Below, piece by piece: positions 51,213 to 63,098 of a stretch of 64,000 nucleotides of DNA. The DNA is from an uncultured delta proteobacterium (GTDB lineage: Bacteria > Desulfobacterota > Binatia > UBA9968): assembly GCA_963745035.1 (NCBI GenBank), contig CAVUVW010000011.1, positions 224,001 through 288,000 of the forward strand, read 5' to 3'. The notes under the pieces were generated by a model. The model saw only the letters and a list, made by a program, of their open reading frames with translations. It searched no databases and had not been told where the DNA came from. The stretch's first letter is position 1; every line of letters begins with the position of its first letter. Both the position numbers and the translations under genes were made by a program.

Positions 51213-52478
51213 ATCTCTCCTTGGCTACTGCTGTTATGTCACGGTCCGAGATCTCTAACCATGACACATTGACAGTCTCGGCACCCTGCCGAAGGCGACT
51301 TCTAGGACCGGCACACTGTGCATGGGTCGCCATTTCCCTAATCCTGGTGTTGTTGACCGGCGCTCGCTTGCTGTTGTCTCGGAGCCCGCTGCTTCCGGCG
51401 CATCAATGGACTTCATCGCGTACTGGGCGGCGGGCGCGTTTGCTCCTTAATGAATGAGGAAAACCCCTATTTGCCAAACCATCTTCTTGAAGTACAGCAA
51501 AAAGCAGGCGTAGAAGCCGCGGAGCCGTTGGTTATGTGGAATCCCCCCTTGGGCCTTTGCGGTGCCCTTTGGTTTTTTCCCCTACTCGTTGAGCCAATTG
51601 CTATGGCTGGCCATCAGCATTGCCGCAGTGTTGTTTTCATCTAATACACTCTGGCGAATTTACAGCGGCTCCGACAAATATTCGCGCGCGCCCTGGCTTC
51701 TTGCGTTGACTTATTTCCCGACCATCTTGGTTTTGTTGTTCGGCCAGATGTCTCCCGTGATTCTTCTAGGTTTAACGGCCTTTATCAGTCTCCCGCGACG
51801 ACAGCAGCATTTTGCTGCGGGTGCGGTATTGGCGATCGTTGCCGTAAAACCGCACTTTATTTATCTGTTTTGGATCGTTCTCGTTCTGTGGATCTGGCAC
51901 CAAGCACAGAGGCCGATCTTAAATGGCGCTTTGTTGGCGGGATTGGTCGCTGCCGCGCTGCCGCTGTTTTTTGATCCCGCGGTCTACTCCCACTTTTTCG
52001 AGCTTATCGCACAGCGTCCATACCTTTGCCGCTAGACTTGCCGGCGCCGACTTTGCGCAATACCGTAAAAATTTTCTTGTCGATCGATAGCTGGATGGTC
52101 GATTACCTATCGACCAGAATCGGTGTTGTTGGGCTTTAGTCTATCGGCATCGCCACAAGAACCACTGGAACTGGGAACAAGGGTTACCGCTCATTGTGCT
52201 CGTCTCATTTGTAACCGCGGCTCATACGTGGACGTTCGATCAGGTGATCTTATTGCCGCCAATGCACCGCATGGATCCGGGAGCGCACGATGCCGTGGTA
52301 TGGCACGGCAGCCGCTGTTACTTATTGCGCTGCGGATTTCTCTTATTTGGCTCCGAAAGTTCAGGCAGTTAGCGATTTCTATTATTTTTGGTTGGCGCCA
52401 GCGCTGTTGATCGTCTACTTGATGCTGAAACATGCCCACCTGGCGTCACCTGTTGCCGAGCGATCATCAGCGGCATGA
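51209..52478 (+). CDS. Second tandem GT87-like glycosyltransferase; heavily frameshifted
   Basis: DFIAYWA, ENPY, MWNPP, FGQMSP, AVKPHF, PAPTLRN, WTFDQV, YFWLAP across frames. Confidence 0.7.
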
Positions 52479-52706
52479 CGTCAACGACTGTCTTTAATTT
52501 ACTGGACCGATGCGCCGATGGCGAAGAAGCCCGGCTTTATTTCGCGCCGCCGTTGTTCGAAATGCGGATACTCGCTCAACGTCGACGGCGCGCTTGCCCC
52601 AATTGCGGCAAGCCGATCGAATCACCTGACAGCGACTTGCTTTCAAAGCCCCGTCATTTAGTAAGCCGTTGCAAGAGAAGCGAGCGAAGAACCGGTGAAG
52701 TTTAAC

Positions 52707-54051
52707 TCACGAAACTGATGCGGCCCGAAATTTCGACTGCCGGCGATAGACAAGCAGACCGACGGCAATGCCGGCAAGGCTTGCGTAGCGCGTCATCGCG
52801 CTCGAAAGCGCGATGCTGATGAGGCAAAGCACGACCGGCGGAGCGCTGAGCGCGACCAGGCCGGCAAGACCGAGCGGAATACGATACGGGCGAGGCATAT
52901 CGGGCTCGCGCACGCGCAGCCGGATCAGGGCGGCAAACTCAAGAATCAAGGCTGCCGCGTAAAGAAACATATCGAGCTCGATCAATTCCTGAAAAGAAAA
53001 TGGAATCAGCAGCGCGACTCCGGCGCTGTTGATCAGAATCGACTTCCACGGCGTGCCGTGGCGGGCGTGTAATCCGTCGAGCCAGCGCGGCAACATGCAG
53101 CGCCGCGCCATCGCGTAGGGCACCCGGGCGGAGGTGCACAAAAGCGCGTTGAGGAGGCCCGCCGCGCTCACCAACGCCGCCAAGGTAAGCCAGGTGCCCA
53201 ACCACGGTCCGCCGATTTGCGCCGCGACGACGGGAAAATATCCTTCCTTCCAGCTCGCGAAACTCGGTGTCGACGCCAACCCCCACCGCCACCGGCAGCA
53301 AGTACACGACGGTGACGATCGCCACGGTGATGAGCATGGCGCGGGGATAGGCTCGGCTCGGATCGGCGACTTCCGCGGCGCAGCAGCCGGCATTGTCCCA
53401 ACCCGAAGTATTCCACAACAAGATGCCGAGCAGCAGGGTCCAGTCGACCGAGTCGTTTTGCAGGAACCAATTGGCGGCGTGAACCTGGGGAAGCCCCAGC
53501 GCCACCAGTGCGGCGAACGGCGCCAGAACGATCAACAGGAAAATCATCAAGCTGATTCCGACCAGGCGGATGCCGCGTATGTTGAGCCAAGTGATGACGC
53601 CGATCAGCGACGCGCCGATCAACCAGCGCTCGGCCGGCGCCATGTCGCCGCGGAGATAGGCGAGATAGTCGACGAACATCACCGGATAGAGCGCGTTGTC
53701 GGCGAAGCTGCAGAGCCAGCTCAGCCAGCCTTCCTGAAAGCCCCAAAATCTGCCGAAAGCGCGCTCGACCCACGCGACGTAACCGCCTTCCTCCGGCATG
53801 GCGGTCGACAGCTCCGCGGTCATGAGCGCGGTGGGCAAGCTCCAGATCCACGGCAACACGATCAGGCCCAACAACACGATTGCAGGTCCGGCGGCGCCGA
53901 CCGCGTCTTCCAAGCCATAGGCGCCGCCGGCGACGCAGAAAAAACTCAGCGCAACGAGCGCCGGAAGGTTGAGATCGCGGCGCAGCCGCGGCGGCGCTGC
54001 ATTGGACGCAGTGAGAGCGCCGCCGAGGAGTTCCATTCGAGAGTCGGTCAT
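52707..54051 (-). CDS. APC family amino acid/polyamine permease; frameshift near 53270
   Basis: VAGGAYGLED, AELSTAMPEEGGY..WV, WNTSGWD, HGTPW, EPDMPRPYRIP. Confidence 0.88.
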
Positions 54052-54216
54052 TTCTTCGCGGCGAGAATAGCGACGGGCGCGCGGCGTTGTCAATCTGACG
54101 CCGTGTCGGGTAGGAAATCCCTTAGTCATTGCCCGCATCGGTTCTCCGGACCGCGACTTTGTCGTCGCCGTCAAAGCTGTTAAACTCGCCGCAAATACCA
54201 TTGCCAACCAGCTATC

Positions 54217-55590
54217 ATGGGTCCATCGATAAAAGAGCGCGGACGGTCGCTCGTGAAGATGCGCGTGAAGAAGATGCGCGTGAAGTTGTTCGATCAGCTC
54301 CTCGACGCGGAGTTGTCCGAGCTTACGCGCTTCAAACGGCTGCTCCAATCGTCGCTAAAAATCGTTGTCTGGGTGGCGCGCGATTTCATTCATAATCTGG
54401 TGAAGCTCCAGGCGATGGCGTTGGCGTTCAAGACATTACTTTCGCTCGCGCCGCTGCTGGCGGTGGTTTTCTCGCTGCTCAAAGCGTTCGGGGTGCACAA
54501 CCGCATGGAGCCGGCGCTGGTCGAGGCGCTCGCGCCGCTCGGCGAAAGAGGCCAGGAGATCACGGCGCACCTGATCGGCTTCGTCAATAAAATGAGCGCC
54601 GGGGCGCTCGGCAGCGTAGGCTTGGTAACGTTGTTCATTACCGTTTTGTCCTTGATGGGCACCATCGAGGAGGCGTTCAATCACATCTGGCGGGTAAAAG
54701 CGCCGCGGAAACTCGCGCGCCGCTTCAGCGATTATCTGAGCGCCATCCTGGTGGGGCCGGTGCTGATCTTTGCCGCCGTGACGATCACGGCGACGCTTCA
54801 GAACAACGCCATCGTGCAGGCGCTCCTGTCGCTCCAGGCATTGGGAGTGATGATCCTCGCGTTGCTGCGCCTGGTGCCCTATCTGACTCTCTGGGGCGCG
54901 TTTACCTTTGTTTACATGTTCATACCGAACACCCGCGTGCGGCTGCGCTCGGCGCTCCTCGGCGGACTGGTTGCCGCGATTCTCTGGCAAACCGTCGGCT
55001 GGGGGTTCGCGGTCTTTGTTGCTTCCTCGACCCGCTACTACGTCGTTTATTCGAGCTTTGCGATTCTCCTGCTCTTTCTTCTGTGGCTTCACGTCGGCTG
55101 GGTAATCGTCTTGCTGGGCGCGCAGGTGACTTATGCGCACCAGCATATTCATTATTTTTTCGGCGACCGGGATGCATTGGCGCAGAGCGCCGCCGGCCGG
55201 GAGAAGCTCGCGTTGTTGATGATGCTTCGGGTCGGGCAAAGTTTTCGCCATGGACAGCAGCCGCTCACCGTCGCCAATGTTGCCGCCGAGCTGCGTGTTC
55301 CCGCCGGAGTCGTTAAGGAGCTCCTGAGGCTGTTCACCGAACGGAAACTCCTTTTGCCTTTGGCCGACGATGATTCCTTCGTTCTCGGCCGTGATCCGGC
55401 GACCATCGGCATCAAGGAAATCATCGATTGCGTGCGCGGCGCCGCGAACGGCAGAATCCAGGGCAAGCGCGACGACCAAGAAAAGCTGATCGACGAGATC
55501 CTGCTAGAAACCGAGCAAGCCGCGGCGCGCAGCCTGGAAGGGAAAAATCTGCAAGCGCTCGTCCAGGCGCTTGAGTTGCCGCGGCGCTAA
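54217..55590 (+). CDS. YihY/BrkB (UPF0761) membrane protein with a C-terminal HTH-like domain
   Basis: QAMALAFKTLLSLAP, IEEAFNHIW, PNTRV, VYSSFA, WVIVLLGA; start may be later. Confidence 0.88.
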   Translation: MGPSIKERGRSLVKMRVKKMRVKLFDQLLDAELSELTRFKRLLQSSLKIVVWVARDFIHNLVKLQAMALAFKTLLSLAPLLAVVFSLLKAFGVHNRMEPALVEALAPLGERGQEITAHLIGFVNKMSAGALGSVGLVTLFITVLSLMGTIEEAFNHIWRVKAPRKLARRFSDYLSAILVGPVLIFAAVTITATLQNNAIVQALLSLQALGVMILALLRLVPYLTLWGAFTFVYMFIPNTRVRLRSALLGGLVAAILWQTVGWGFAVFVASSTRYYVVYSSFAILLLFLLWLHVGWVIVLLGAQVTYAHQHIHYFFGDRDALAQSAAGREKLALLMMLRVGQSFRHGQQPLTVANVAAELRVPAGVVKELLRLFTERKLLLPLADDDSFVLGRDPATIGIKEIIDCVRGAANGRIQGKRDDQEKLIDEILLETEQAAARSLEGKNLQALVQALELPRR

Positions 55591-55758
55591 CAGGCTGCTG
55601 AAAAAGACCCATACGCCGATTGCCCTGAGCAGCATCGAAGGGTGCGCTCAATCGCCTCGCGTCAACGTACTGCCGATGTACGCCTCCAGCATGTCCTGAG
55701 CGGAGTCGAAAGATCGTTTGATCGTGCGCCTCGCCTCGGAATCTTTTTGAGCAGCCTG
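55591..55758. mobile_element. 168-bp MITE-like element with 17-bp terminal inverted repeats
   Basis: caggctgctgaaaaaga versus tctttttgagcagcctg (16/17); two internal CCTGAGC..TCGAA repeats. Confidence 0.6.
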
Positions 55759-55793
55759 CGAGGTTTTTTCGCAATCCGCCGAAACTACAGCGC

Positions 55794-57368
55794 TTAGCGA
55801 CTGCGAAACAGCTGCCGGAAAAACGAGCCGACGCCTTTTTCGACATTTTGCGGCAAGCCGGTTTCGGCGAGCTTGCCGGCGTTCAGATCCACCGATGGAT
55901 TCTCCACCGGCCCGACAACTTTCAGCGGCACCACCATTCGGCCCTGCCTGTCTTTGAAAAAAGCCGTAACCCTCCCGCCGCCGGCGCGGCTCGAAGCGCG
56001 CTGTGAAAGGGCGGCGCTGATCGCCAAGTTCAGCGCCGGCCGCTCGATCGTCAGCGTGCCGTTGCCGGTGACTTCCATCTGCGAGTTCACGAGATAGAGG
56101 CGGGTAAACTCCGCGTAGCCGCCGCCGATGATGAAGTCCGCTTCCATGGTCTGAAACGTCGTCGCCTGGCGCTGTTCGTCCTTGGACAGGCCGATCATGC
56201 CCGTGGCGCGCTCGATCTTTCGTATCAAGTCGACGTTGGTGAGCTCGCCGTCGCGTGCGGCGAGCCTGCCGTTCCCCTGCATCCGATTGCCGGCGGCGCC
56301 GCCGCCCATCGGCAGGCGCAGCGAAATTTCGCCCCTCAGAGTGCCGCGGAAGGCGCGCTTGCCGCGCACTTTTATATCCTTGAAAAGACCGCGAACGTGG
56401 CTCACCAACTGAGTCGACGGCCCGGTGACGCTCATCTGCAGATTCATCGGGCCGGACACTTCGGTGTCTCTCGGCGCGAGCCCGAATACCGAAAGGATTT
56501 GAAATACCGGTTGGGCATCGACATCCTCGCTTCGCAGGTCGAGATTGAGCCGCGGCGCCGTGGACAGGTTGCTCACGCTGCCCGCAAGCGGCAAGGTCAA
56601 GTCATGGACTTTGAGTTGATTGTTTTTTAGCTGGAGGAGCGCCTTTTCCTCTTGATAAAGAATCTCGCCGGCGAGCGCGACGGTTTTCAAGCCGGGATAA
56701 CTAAACGATGCGCGAAACGGAAACGGAGCGCCGCTCGAAGCGTCGCGGAGCGAAAGCTCGATGTTTTTGAAGGTGACGGCGGACCGATCCTTGCCGATCA
56801 GATTGAGTTGGCCGTCGCGGATGCTCAGGTTGCCGGGAATGATGAACGGTACAGGCGCGCCGTCCGCCGGCCGCGGCGCTTCGGCGGGCTTTCTGGCCTC
56901 GCGGCGCTGGCCCGCCACAGTTTTTTTGCCGGCGATATCGGCATAATTGAACGTGCCGTCTGCTTGCTTGACCAGGTTGAAGCTGGGCTTGTCGAGCACC
57001 AATTCGGAAACTTCGAAGCGGCCCTTCAAGAGCGGCCAAAAACCCAGCCGCAGCCGCATCTGCGGCGCGAAGAAAAAGATATTGCCCGGCGCCGCCGACG
57101 GACTGTCGAAAACCTTGAAGTTGGATAAACGGATCGACGGCGTCGGGAAGAGGCTCAGCCGGACCTCGCCGACGTCGACGCGGCGTTGGAGCGTCTCTTC
57201 GATGCGCGGCAGATAGGTGCGCTTGAAGAGTCCGAGATCGACGAAATGGGGCACGACGACGAGCGCGGCGAGTGGGACGCCGACGAGCGCAAGGGCGATC
57301 CACGCGGCTTTCTTGATTTTGTGCGAAGACGGCAAGGCCACGCTCGGCGATGTCACTGCGCCAGACAT
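55794..57368 (-). CDS. AsmA family protein
   Basis: N-terminal TM helix; LSLFPTPSIRL, WPLLKG..V.EL.L.KP..NL..DGT.N; C-terminal G.GT...VPL.V.G..NP. Confidence 0.85.
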   Translation of the reverse strand: MSGAVTSPSVALPSSHKIKKAAWIALALVGVPLAALVVVPHFVDLGLFKRTYLPRIEETLQRRVDVGEVRLSLFPTPSIRLSNFKVFDSPSAAPGNIFFFAPQMRLRLGFWPLLKGRFEVSELVLDKPSFNLVKQADGTFNYADIAGKKTVAGQRREARKPAEAPRPADGAPVPFIIPGNLSIRDGQLNLIGKDRSAVTFKNIELSLRDASSGAPFPFRASFSYPGLKTVALAGEILYQEEKALLQLKNNQLKVHDLTLPLAGSVSNLSTAPRLNLDLRSEDVDAQPVFQILSVFGLAPRDTEVSGPMNLQMSVTGPSTQLVSHVRGLFKDIKVRGKRAFRGTLRGEISLRLPMGGGAAGNRMQGNGRLAARDGELTNVDLIRKIERATGMIGLSKDEQRQATTFQTMEADFIIGGGYAEFTRLYLVNSQMEVTGNGTLTIERPALNLAISAALSQRASSRAGGGRVTAFFKDRQGRMVVPLKVVGPVENPSVDLNAGKLAETGLPQNVEKGVGSFFRQLFRSR

Positions 57369-57499
57369 TTTCGATTCCGTGGCCGGGAATTATACGCGAT
57401 CCCTATGAGTTTCCCAATCATTCCTGCCACGTTCAAAAGCGCAACCTTCCCCGCGGAAACGAGCTCCAACTGTGGCGAGCGCGGCAACTATTTGTTAGC

Positions 57500-58498
57500 A
57501 TGGCGAACCTTGAAAGGTCCGCAGCGCTCTTGGAACTCGCACTGGAAATCCTCCCGCAAGTACTCTTGGACGGTCTCGTTCTGGGCTTCATGTACGCGTT
57601 GATCGCGCTCGGCTATACAATGGTGTACGGCGTCCTCGAGTTCATCAACTTCGCCCATAGCGAGATCTTTGTGCTAGGCGCGTTCGTCGGCGTCGAAGTG
57701 ATGCTGCTGCTGCAAAGCGCGGGCTTTCTCGGCACGCTTCATCCGGCGGTGATCTTAACGCTGGTCATCGGCGCCGCCATGATCATCAGCGGATGCGCCG
57801 CGATGGCACTCGAGCGGGTGGCGTATCGGCCGCTGCTGGGCGGGCCCCGTTTGGTGGCGCTGATTTCCGCGATCGGCGCGTCGTTTTTTCTGCAGGACGC
57901 GCTGCGGCTCTTCGAAAGTCTGTGGCGCAATACGTTTTACTTGAATTACCCCAGTTTGGATTTTCTCGACCGCGCCGTGCCGCTCGGCGAAAATCTGGTC
58001 ATTCCGGTCAAATCGCTGCTGGTGATCGCCACTGCGCTGGGCACCCTGTTTGCGCTCTATTTTTTCGTCAACCGCACCAAGCTCGGCATGGCCATTCGCG
58101 CCGTGGCGCAGGATCCGGATACGGCTTCGCTGATGGGTGTGCCGGTCAAACGCGTCATCGCGCTCACGTTTTTCGTCGGCGGCGCACTTGGCGGCCTAGC
58201 CGGCGTGCTGTTCGGCATTCACTATAGCCTGGTCAATCCCTACAGCGGCTTTATTCCCGGCATGAAAGCGTTCACCGCCGCGGTGCTCGGCGGCATCGGC
58301 AATATTCCCGGCGCGATGGTGGGCGGCATGATGCTGGGTCTGCTGGAAGCGTTCGCGGCTTCGTATTTGTCTTTGATTACCGACGGCACCTTCGGGGCCG
58401 AGTACAAGGACGTCGTCGCCTTCCTGGTTTTGATTTTGATTCTGATCTTCCGGCCCAAGGGATTGCTCGGCGAGACGGTGCGGGAGAGCAAGGCGTGA
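57500..58498 (+). CDS. livH: Branched-chain amino acid ABC permease LivH
   Basis: GLVLGFMYALIALGYTMVYGVLEFINFAH, GMAIRAVAQD, KAFTAAVLGGIGNIPGA, RPKGLLG. Confidence 0.92.
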   Translation: MANLERSAALLELALEILPQVLLDGLVLGFMYALIALGYTMVYGVLEFINFAHSEIFVLGAFVGVEVMLLLQSAGFLGTLHPAVILTLVIGAAMIISGCAAMALERVAYRPLLGGPRLVALISAIGASFFLQDALRLFESLWRNTFYLNYPSLDFLDRAVPLGENLVIPVKSLLVIATALGTLFALYFFVNRTKLGMAIRAVAQDPDTASLMGVPVKRVIALTFFVGGALGGLAGVLFGIHYSLVNPYSGFIPGMKAFTAAVLGGIGNIPGAMVGGMMLGLLEAFAASYLSLITDGTFGAEYKDVVAFLVLILILIFRPKGLLGETVRESKA

Positions 58499-59742
58499 GC
58501 GGCGCTCCGGCAGCGGCGGCTCTGTGCGGCTACATCGCCGCCAGTTGCGCGCTTGTGTTTTTTTTCCCGCAGTCGGTCCTGGCCTTTCTCGCGTTCCAAG
58601 CTTCGCTGCTGCTGCTCTACTACGTCGACGCGCCGCGCGCGGCAAAAGTCGTTCTCGGCGCGCTGTTGCTTTTCGTGCTCCTTCCGGTGTTGGGCGCTGT
58701 CAACGGCTACTATCTGGAGATCGCCATACAGATCGGCATCTTCGTCGCGCTGGCCCTGGGTCTCAACATCGTCGTCGGCTTCGTCGGCTTGCTCAATCTC
58801 GGATTCGTTGCCTTCTTCGCCATCGGCGCCTACCTCTGGGCGATCTTCGGCTCACCCCAGGCCAACGCCTTTATTCCGGGCGGATGGTTTCCGCTGTCGC
58901 CCAACTGGTTTTTCGTTTTTCTCCTGCTGAGCGTCGTAGTCGGCGCGCTGACCGGCGCGTTGCTGGGCCTGCCGGTGCTGCGCCTGCGCGGCGATTATCT
59001 CGCCATCGTCACCCTTGGTTTTGCCGAAGTCGTGCGCGCGCTGGTAAACAACCTCGACAAACCGGTCAATTTGACCAACGGTCCCCGAGGCATCGCCCCG
59101 ATCACCAAGCCGCCGCTGTTTTTCGAGCCGGCGCTCGAGCTCCTCGGCATCCAAGCGCCGCCGGCGACCCTTTACCCGCTTTATTTCTATTTTCTTATTC
59201 TCATCATCGTCGGCGTGATCATTCTGGTGACGCGCCGTCTGGAAAACTCGCGCGTGGGACGGGCGTGGAAAGCGATTCGCGAGGACGAAATCGCCGCGGC
59301 GGCGATGGGCGTGCCGGTGGTGCGCATGAAGTTGCTCGGTTTTGCGGTCGGCGCCTCGTTCGCTTCGGCCGTCGGCGTGCTGTTTGCCGCCAAGCAGGTC
59401 TTCATCAACCCGGAAAGTTTTACCTTCATGGAATCGATCGGCGTGCTTGCCATGGTGATCCTCGGCGGCATGGGCTCGATTCCGGGCGCGATCCTCGGCG
59501 CCGCCGGAGTGACGATCCTCAACTTGCAGTTGCTCAAAGGTTTGTCGCTGTGGCTCAACGGGCTGCGCCAGTCGGGCGCCGAGCTCGTGATTCCTTGGCT
59601 CGGCAGCTACTCCTTGAGCCAACTGCCGGCGCAGTTCGAGCCCGCCAAGTATGAGCGCATGGTGTTCGGTTTGATTCTGATTTTGATGATGATCTTCCGG
59701 CCCCAAGGCGTGCTGCCGCACGCGCGAAAGCGCAAAGATTGA
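58495..59742 (+). CDS. livM: Branched-chain amino acid ABC permease LivM
   Basis: LGLNIVVGFVGLL, LRLRGDYLAIVTLGF, GRAWKAIREDE, LGGMGS, RPQG. Confidence 0.92.
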   Translation: MSGAPAAAALCGYIAASCALVFFFPQSVLAFLAFQASLLLLYYVDAPRAAKVVLGALLLFVLLPVLGAVNGYYLEIAIQIGIFVALALGLNIVVGFVGLLNLGFVAFFAIGAYLWAIFGSPQANAFIPGGWFPLSPNWFFVFLLLSVVVGALTGALLGLPVLRLRGDYLAIVTLGFAEVVRALVNNLDKPVNLTNGPRGIAPITKPPLFFEPALELLGIQAPPATLYPLYFYFLILIIVGVIILVTRRLENSRVGRAWKAIREDEIAAAAMGVPVVRMKLLGFAVGASFASAVGVLFAAKQVFINPESFTFMESIGVLAMVILGGMGSIPGAILGAAGVTILNLQLLKGLSLWLNGLRQSGAELVIPWLGSYSLSQLPAQFEPAKYERMVFGLILILMMIFRPQGVLPHARKRKD

Positions 59743-59743
59743 T

Positions 59744-60515
<772 letters not shown>

Positions 60516-60529
<14 letters not shown>

Positions 60530-61217
60530 CGGCATTCACGTGTACTACGGTGCCATTCACGCGGTGAAAGGTCTGTCGTTCCAAGTCGGGCGCGGCGAGC
60601 TCGTGACCTTGCTCGGCGCCAACGGCGCGGGCAAAACCACGACGTTGAAGACGCTGTCCGGACTCTTGCGGCCGGCGCGCGGTTCTGTCGAGCTCGACGG
60701 CGCGGCGCTCGAAACGTTGGAGGCCCATGAAATCGTGCGCCGCGGCGTCGCGCACGTTCCCGAAGGGAGGAAAGTCTTCCCGCGTTTTACCGTGCTGGAG
60801 AATCTCAAGATCGGCGCGTACGCGCGCGGCCAGGGCGGCCTCCAGGCTGCCCTCGATCTGGTTTTTGAAAAGTTTCCGCGCTTGAAAGAGCGTCAGAAGC
60901 AATACGCCGGAACTCTCTCGGGCGGCGAGCAGCAGATGCTTGCCATCGGCCGCGCGCTTATGGCCGGGCCCAAACTGCTGCTGCTTGACGAACCGTCCAT
61001 GGGTCTGGCGCCGCGGATCGTCGAGCAGATTCTGGAAAACATCCGGGCGATCAATGAAGCCGGCGTTACGGTGTTGCTGGTCGAGCAAAATGCCGCCATG
61101 GCGCTGGCGATCTCGCATCGGGGCTACGTGCTGGAGACCGGGGCGGTCATTCTCGAAGGCGCCGCAAGCGAGCTGGCCGGCAACGACTTGGTGCGCCAGG
61201 CGTATTTGGGGGGGTAG
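60516..61217 (+). CDS. livF: Branched-chain amino acid ABC ATPase LivF
   Basis: GANGAGKTT, VPEGR, LSGGEQQMLAIGRAL, LDEPSMGLAP, VEQNA. Confidence 0.94.
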
Positions 61218-61270
61218 TTTTGTCCGCGCCGTCTTTAAACCGCGCTGGCGAACGGCTAGACTGAAACGCA

Positions 61271-61990
61271 ATGCAGTACCAGACGCGACAGATGACATTC
61301 GGTCCCGGCGCCATGACGCCCGCCGTCAAGTTTCTGCTGATCGCGAATACCGCCGTCTTCGTCCTGCAAACCCTGGTCAGCGCGGGGACCGACTACCGGC
61401 TCGAGCTTTACTTCGGCCTGGTTCCGCCGCTCGTGCTCGGGGAATTCTATCTCTGGCAACTCTTCACCTACCAGTTCCTGCACGGCGGGATTTTTCATAT
61501 CCTGTTCAACATGCTCGCGGTCTGGATGTTCGGCTGCGATCTCGAGCGGCGCTGGGGCAGCGGCTTTTTTCTCCGCTACTATTTCATCTCCGTGATCGGC
61601 GGCGGCGTCTTGAACACGCTCTTCGTTCCCGGGCAAATGGGCCCCAGCATCGGCGCGTCGGCGGGAGTGTACGGCATTCTCCTCGCTTACGCCTTGATCT
61701 ATCCCAATCGCATCATCTACTTCTATTTTCTGTTTCCGATCAAGATGAAGCACTTCGTCTGGATCATCGGCGCCATCGCGCTTTACTCTTCGATCACGGC
61801 GGGCCAAAGCGGCATCGCCCATCTGGCCCACCTCGGCGGCATGGTCTTCGGCTATCTCTACCTTCGCGGCGGCAATCCCTCGGATTGGCTCAAAGACTAT
61901 CTCGACCGCCGCCGACTCGCCCGCCTGAAGCGCCGTTTTCATCTTCACCCAGGCGGCAAGGACGACGACCGCGGTCCGACTATGCACTAA
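61271..61990 (+). CDS. Rhomboid family intramembrane serine protease
   Basis: WQLFTYQFLH..HILFNM, GASAG, AHLAHLGG. Confidence 0.93.
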   Translation: MQYQTRQMTFGPGAMTPAVKFLLIANTAVFVLQTLVSAGTDYRLELYFGLVPPLVLGEFYLWQLFTYQFLHGGIFHILFNMLAVWMFGCDLERRWGSGFFLRYYFISVIGGGVLNTLFVPGQMGPSIGASAGVYGILLAYALIYPNRIIYFYFLFPIKMKHFVWIIGAIALYSSITAGQSGIAHLAHLGGMVFGYLYLRGGNPSDWLKDYLDRRRLARLKRRFHLHPGGKDDDRGPTMH

Positions 61991-62070
61991 GCTCCAATCC
62001 GGCGCCGCCGGACGGATCGGAAGCTTCGTCTTCCTAAAAAGGTCGCGAAAGGCCGGCTGCAGCCCCGCAG

Positions 62071-62937
62071 TTAAAATTTCTCCCACGAGATCAAAAACAC
62101 ACCCAAGATCACGAGCAGCACTGCCGCGATTTTTCGCGGCGTCAGTTTTTCGACGTCCTTCAGAAAAAGCGCCGAGAGCGGCAATATGAACAGCGAGGAG
62201 CCGTTGATCAACGGCGACATGAGAGAGACCCGTTCCATGCTGAGCGCGGTGTAGGCGAAAACATAAGAGAGAAAATTCATGAATCCTGCACCGGCAAAAA
62301 GCTCCACACCACGCCGAACGGAGCTGCCGAGCGGTTTTTTTTCTTCAAACGCAAGATAGATGACCGACATCGTCGCGAACGAAGTCGTCGCGGCGATTCC
62401 GGCGCCGACGATCGGCGACTCGATCTGCAACAGGCCCAGGCGCACCAGATTGTCGCGGGCGGCGAAAAGAAACGCCGCGGTAACCGGAAACAACAGATCG
62501 CGCGTTTGCCAGGTCTTGGTCACGCCCTTCCAGGAAAGCGCAACGATACCCAAGACGATCAGCAATGTTCCGAGCAAATTCGTGGCCGTGGGGCGCTCGG
62601 CGAGAAACATCATGGCGAACAGCGTCGCGAAAAGCGGCGTGCTGTTGGTCAAACAAGAAGTAATGGATGCGCCGAGCCGCTCCATGCCTCTAAAAATGAA
62701 AAATCGCGCGACGCCGGGAACAAAAACGCCGACCAGTACGAAAATGAGGTTGGCCGGGATCCAGAGGTCGATGCGGTCGATAAACAGGAAAACGTAAAGC
62801 CAAAGGAAGAGCGCATTAATGCCGAGGTTCGTAAGCAAGCCGCGAAAGTAGTCGATAGCCAGCACGCCGCGGTTAATGAGGATCATCGACACGGCGAAGC
62901 AAAAGGAGGCAAAAAGAGCGAGGAGAATGGCGACCAT
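62071..62937 (-). CDS. DMT/EamA family transporter
   Basis: Two EamA repeats (PLFATLFA..FLAER; LFLKDVEK..IAAVLLVILG). Confidence 0.88.
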   Translation of the reverse strand: MVAILLALFASFCFAVSMILINRGVLAIDYFRGLLTNLGINALFLWLYVFLFIDRIDLWIPANLIFVLVGVFVPGVARFFIFRGMERLGASITSCLTNSTPLFATLFAMMFLAERPTATNLLGTLLIVLGIVALSWKGVTKTWQTRDLLFPVTAAFLFAARDNLVRLGLLQIESPIVGAGIAATTSFATMSVIYLAFEEKKPLGSSVRRGVELFAGAGFMNFLSYVFAYTALSMERVSLMSPLINGSSLFILPLSALFLKDVEKLTPRKIAAVLLVILGVFLISWEKF

Positions 62938-63098
62938 GCTTCGCGCGACCTTACTCCCTGGGGGGCCAGCGGCACAAATGCGCAAGCATTGCGGCAGGGG
63001 AGGCGCAATGAAATTGTGCTTCGAGCGTCTAATAACCGGGCGAAAAGCTCGGAAGGCGGCCGACGTTCCGATTGCGCTCGGCCAAATCGGGAGGCAAA

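Noticed and set aside
52388-52705. Small ORF with a CPNC motif after the GT87 pair
   Set aside because: Only one CxxC, no clear RBS or recognisable family; not supportable without a homology search.
3984-54051. Mass pseudogenisation or programmed frameshifting (about 20 split genes, including ispF, acs and cytochrome b)
   Set aside because: The breaks are single-base indels, often in homopolymers, and hit essential genes with otherwise intact motifs. This fits uncorrected long-read error; read polishing would decide.
54255-54285. 15-bp tandem duplication (KMRVK-KMRVK) at the yihY 5' end
   Set aside because: Only two copies in a region of uncertain start codon; could be a trivial duplication or an assembly artefact.
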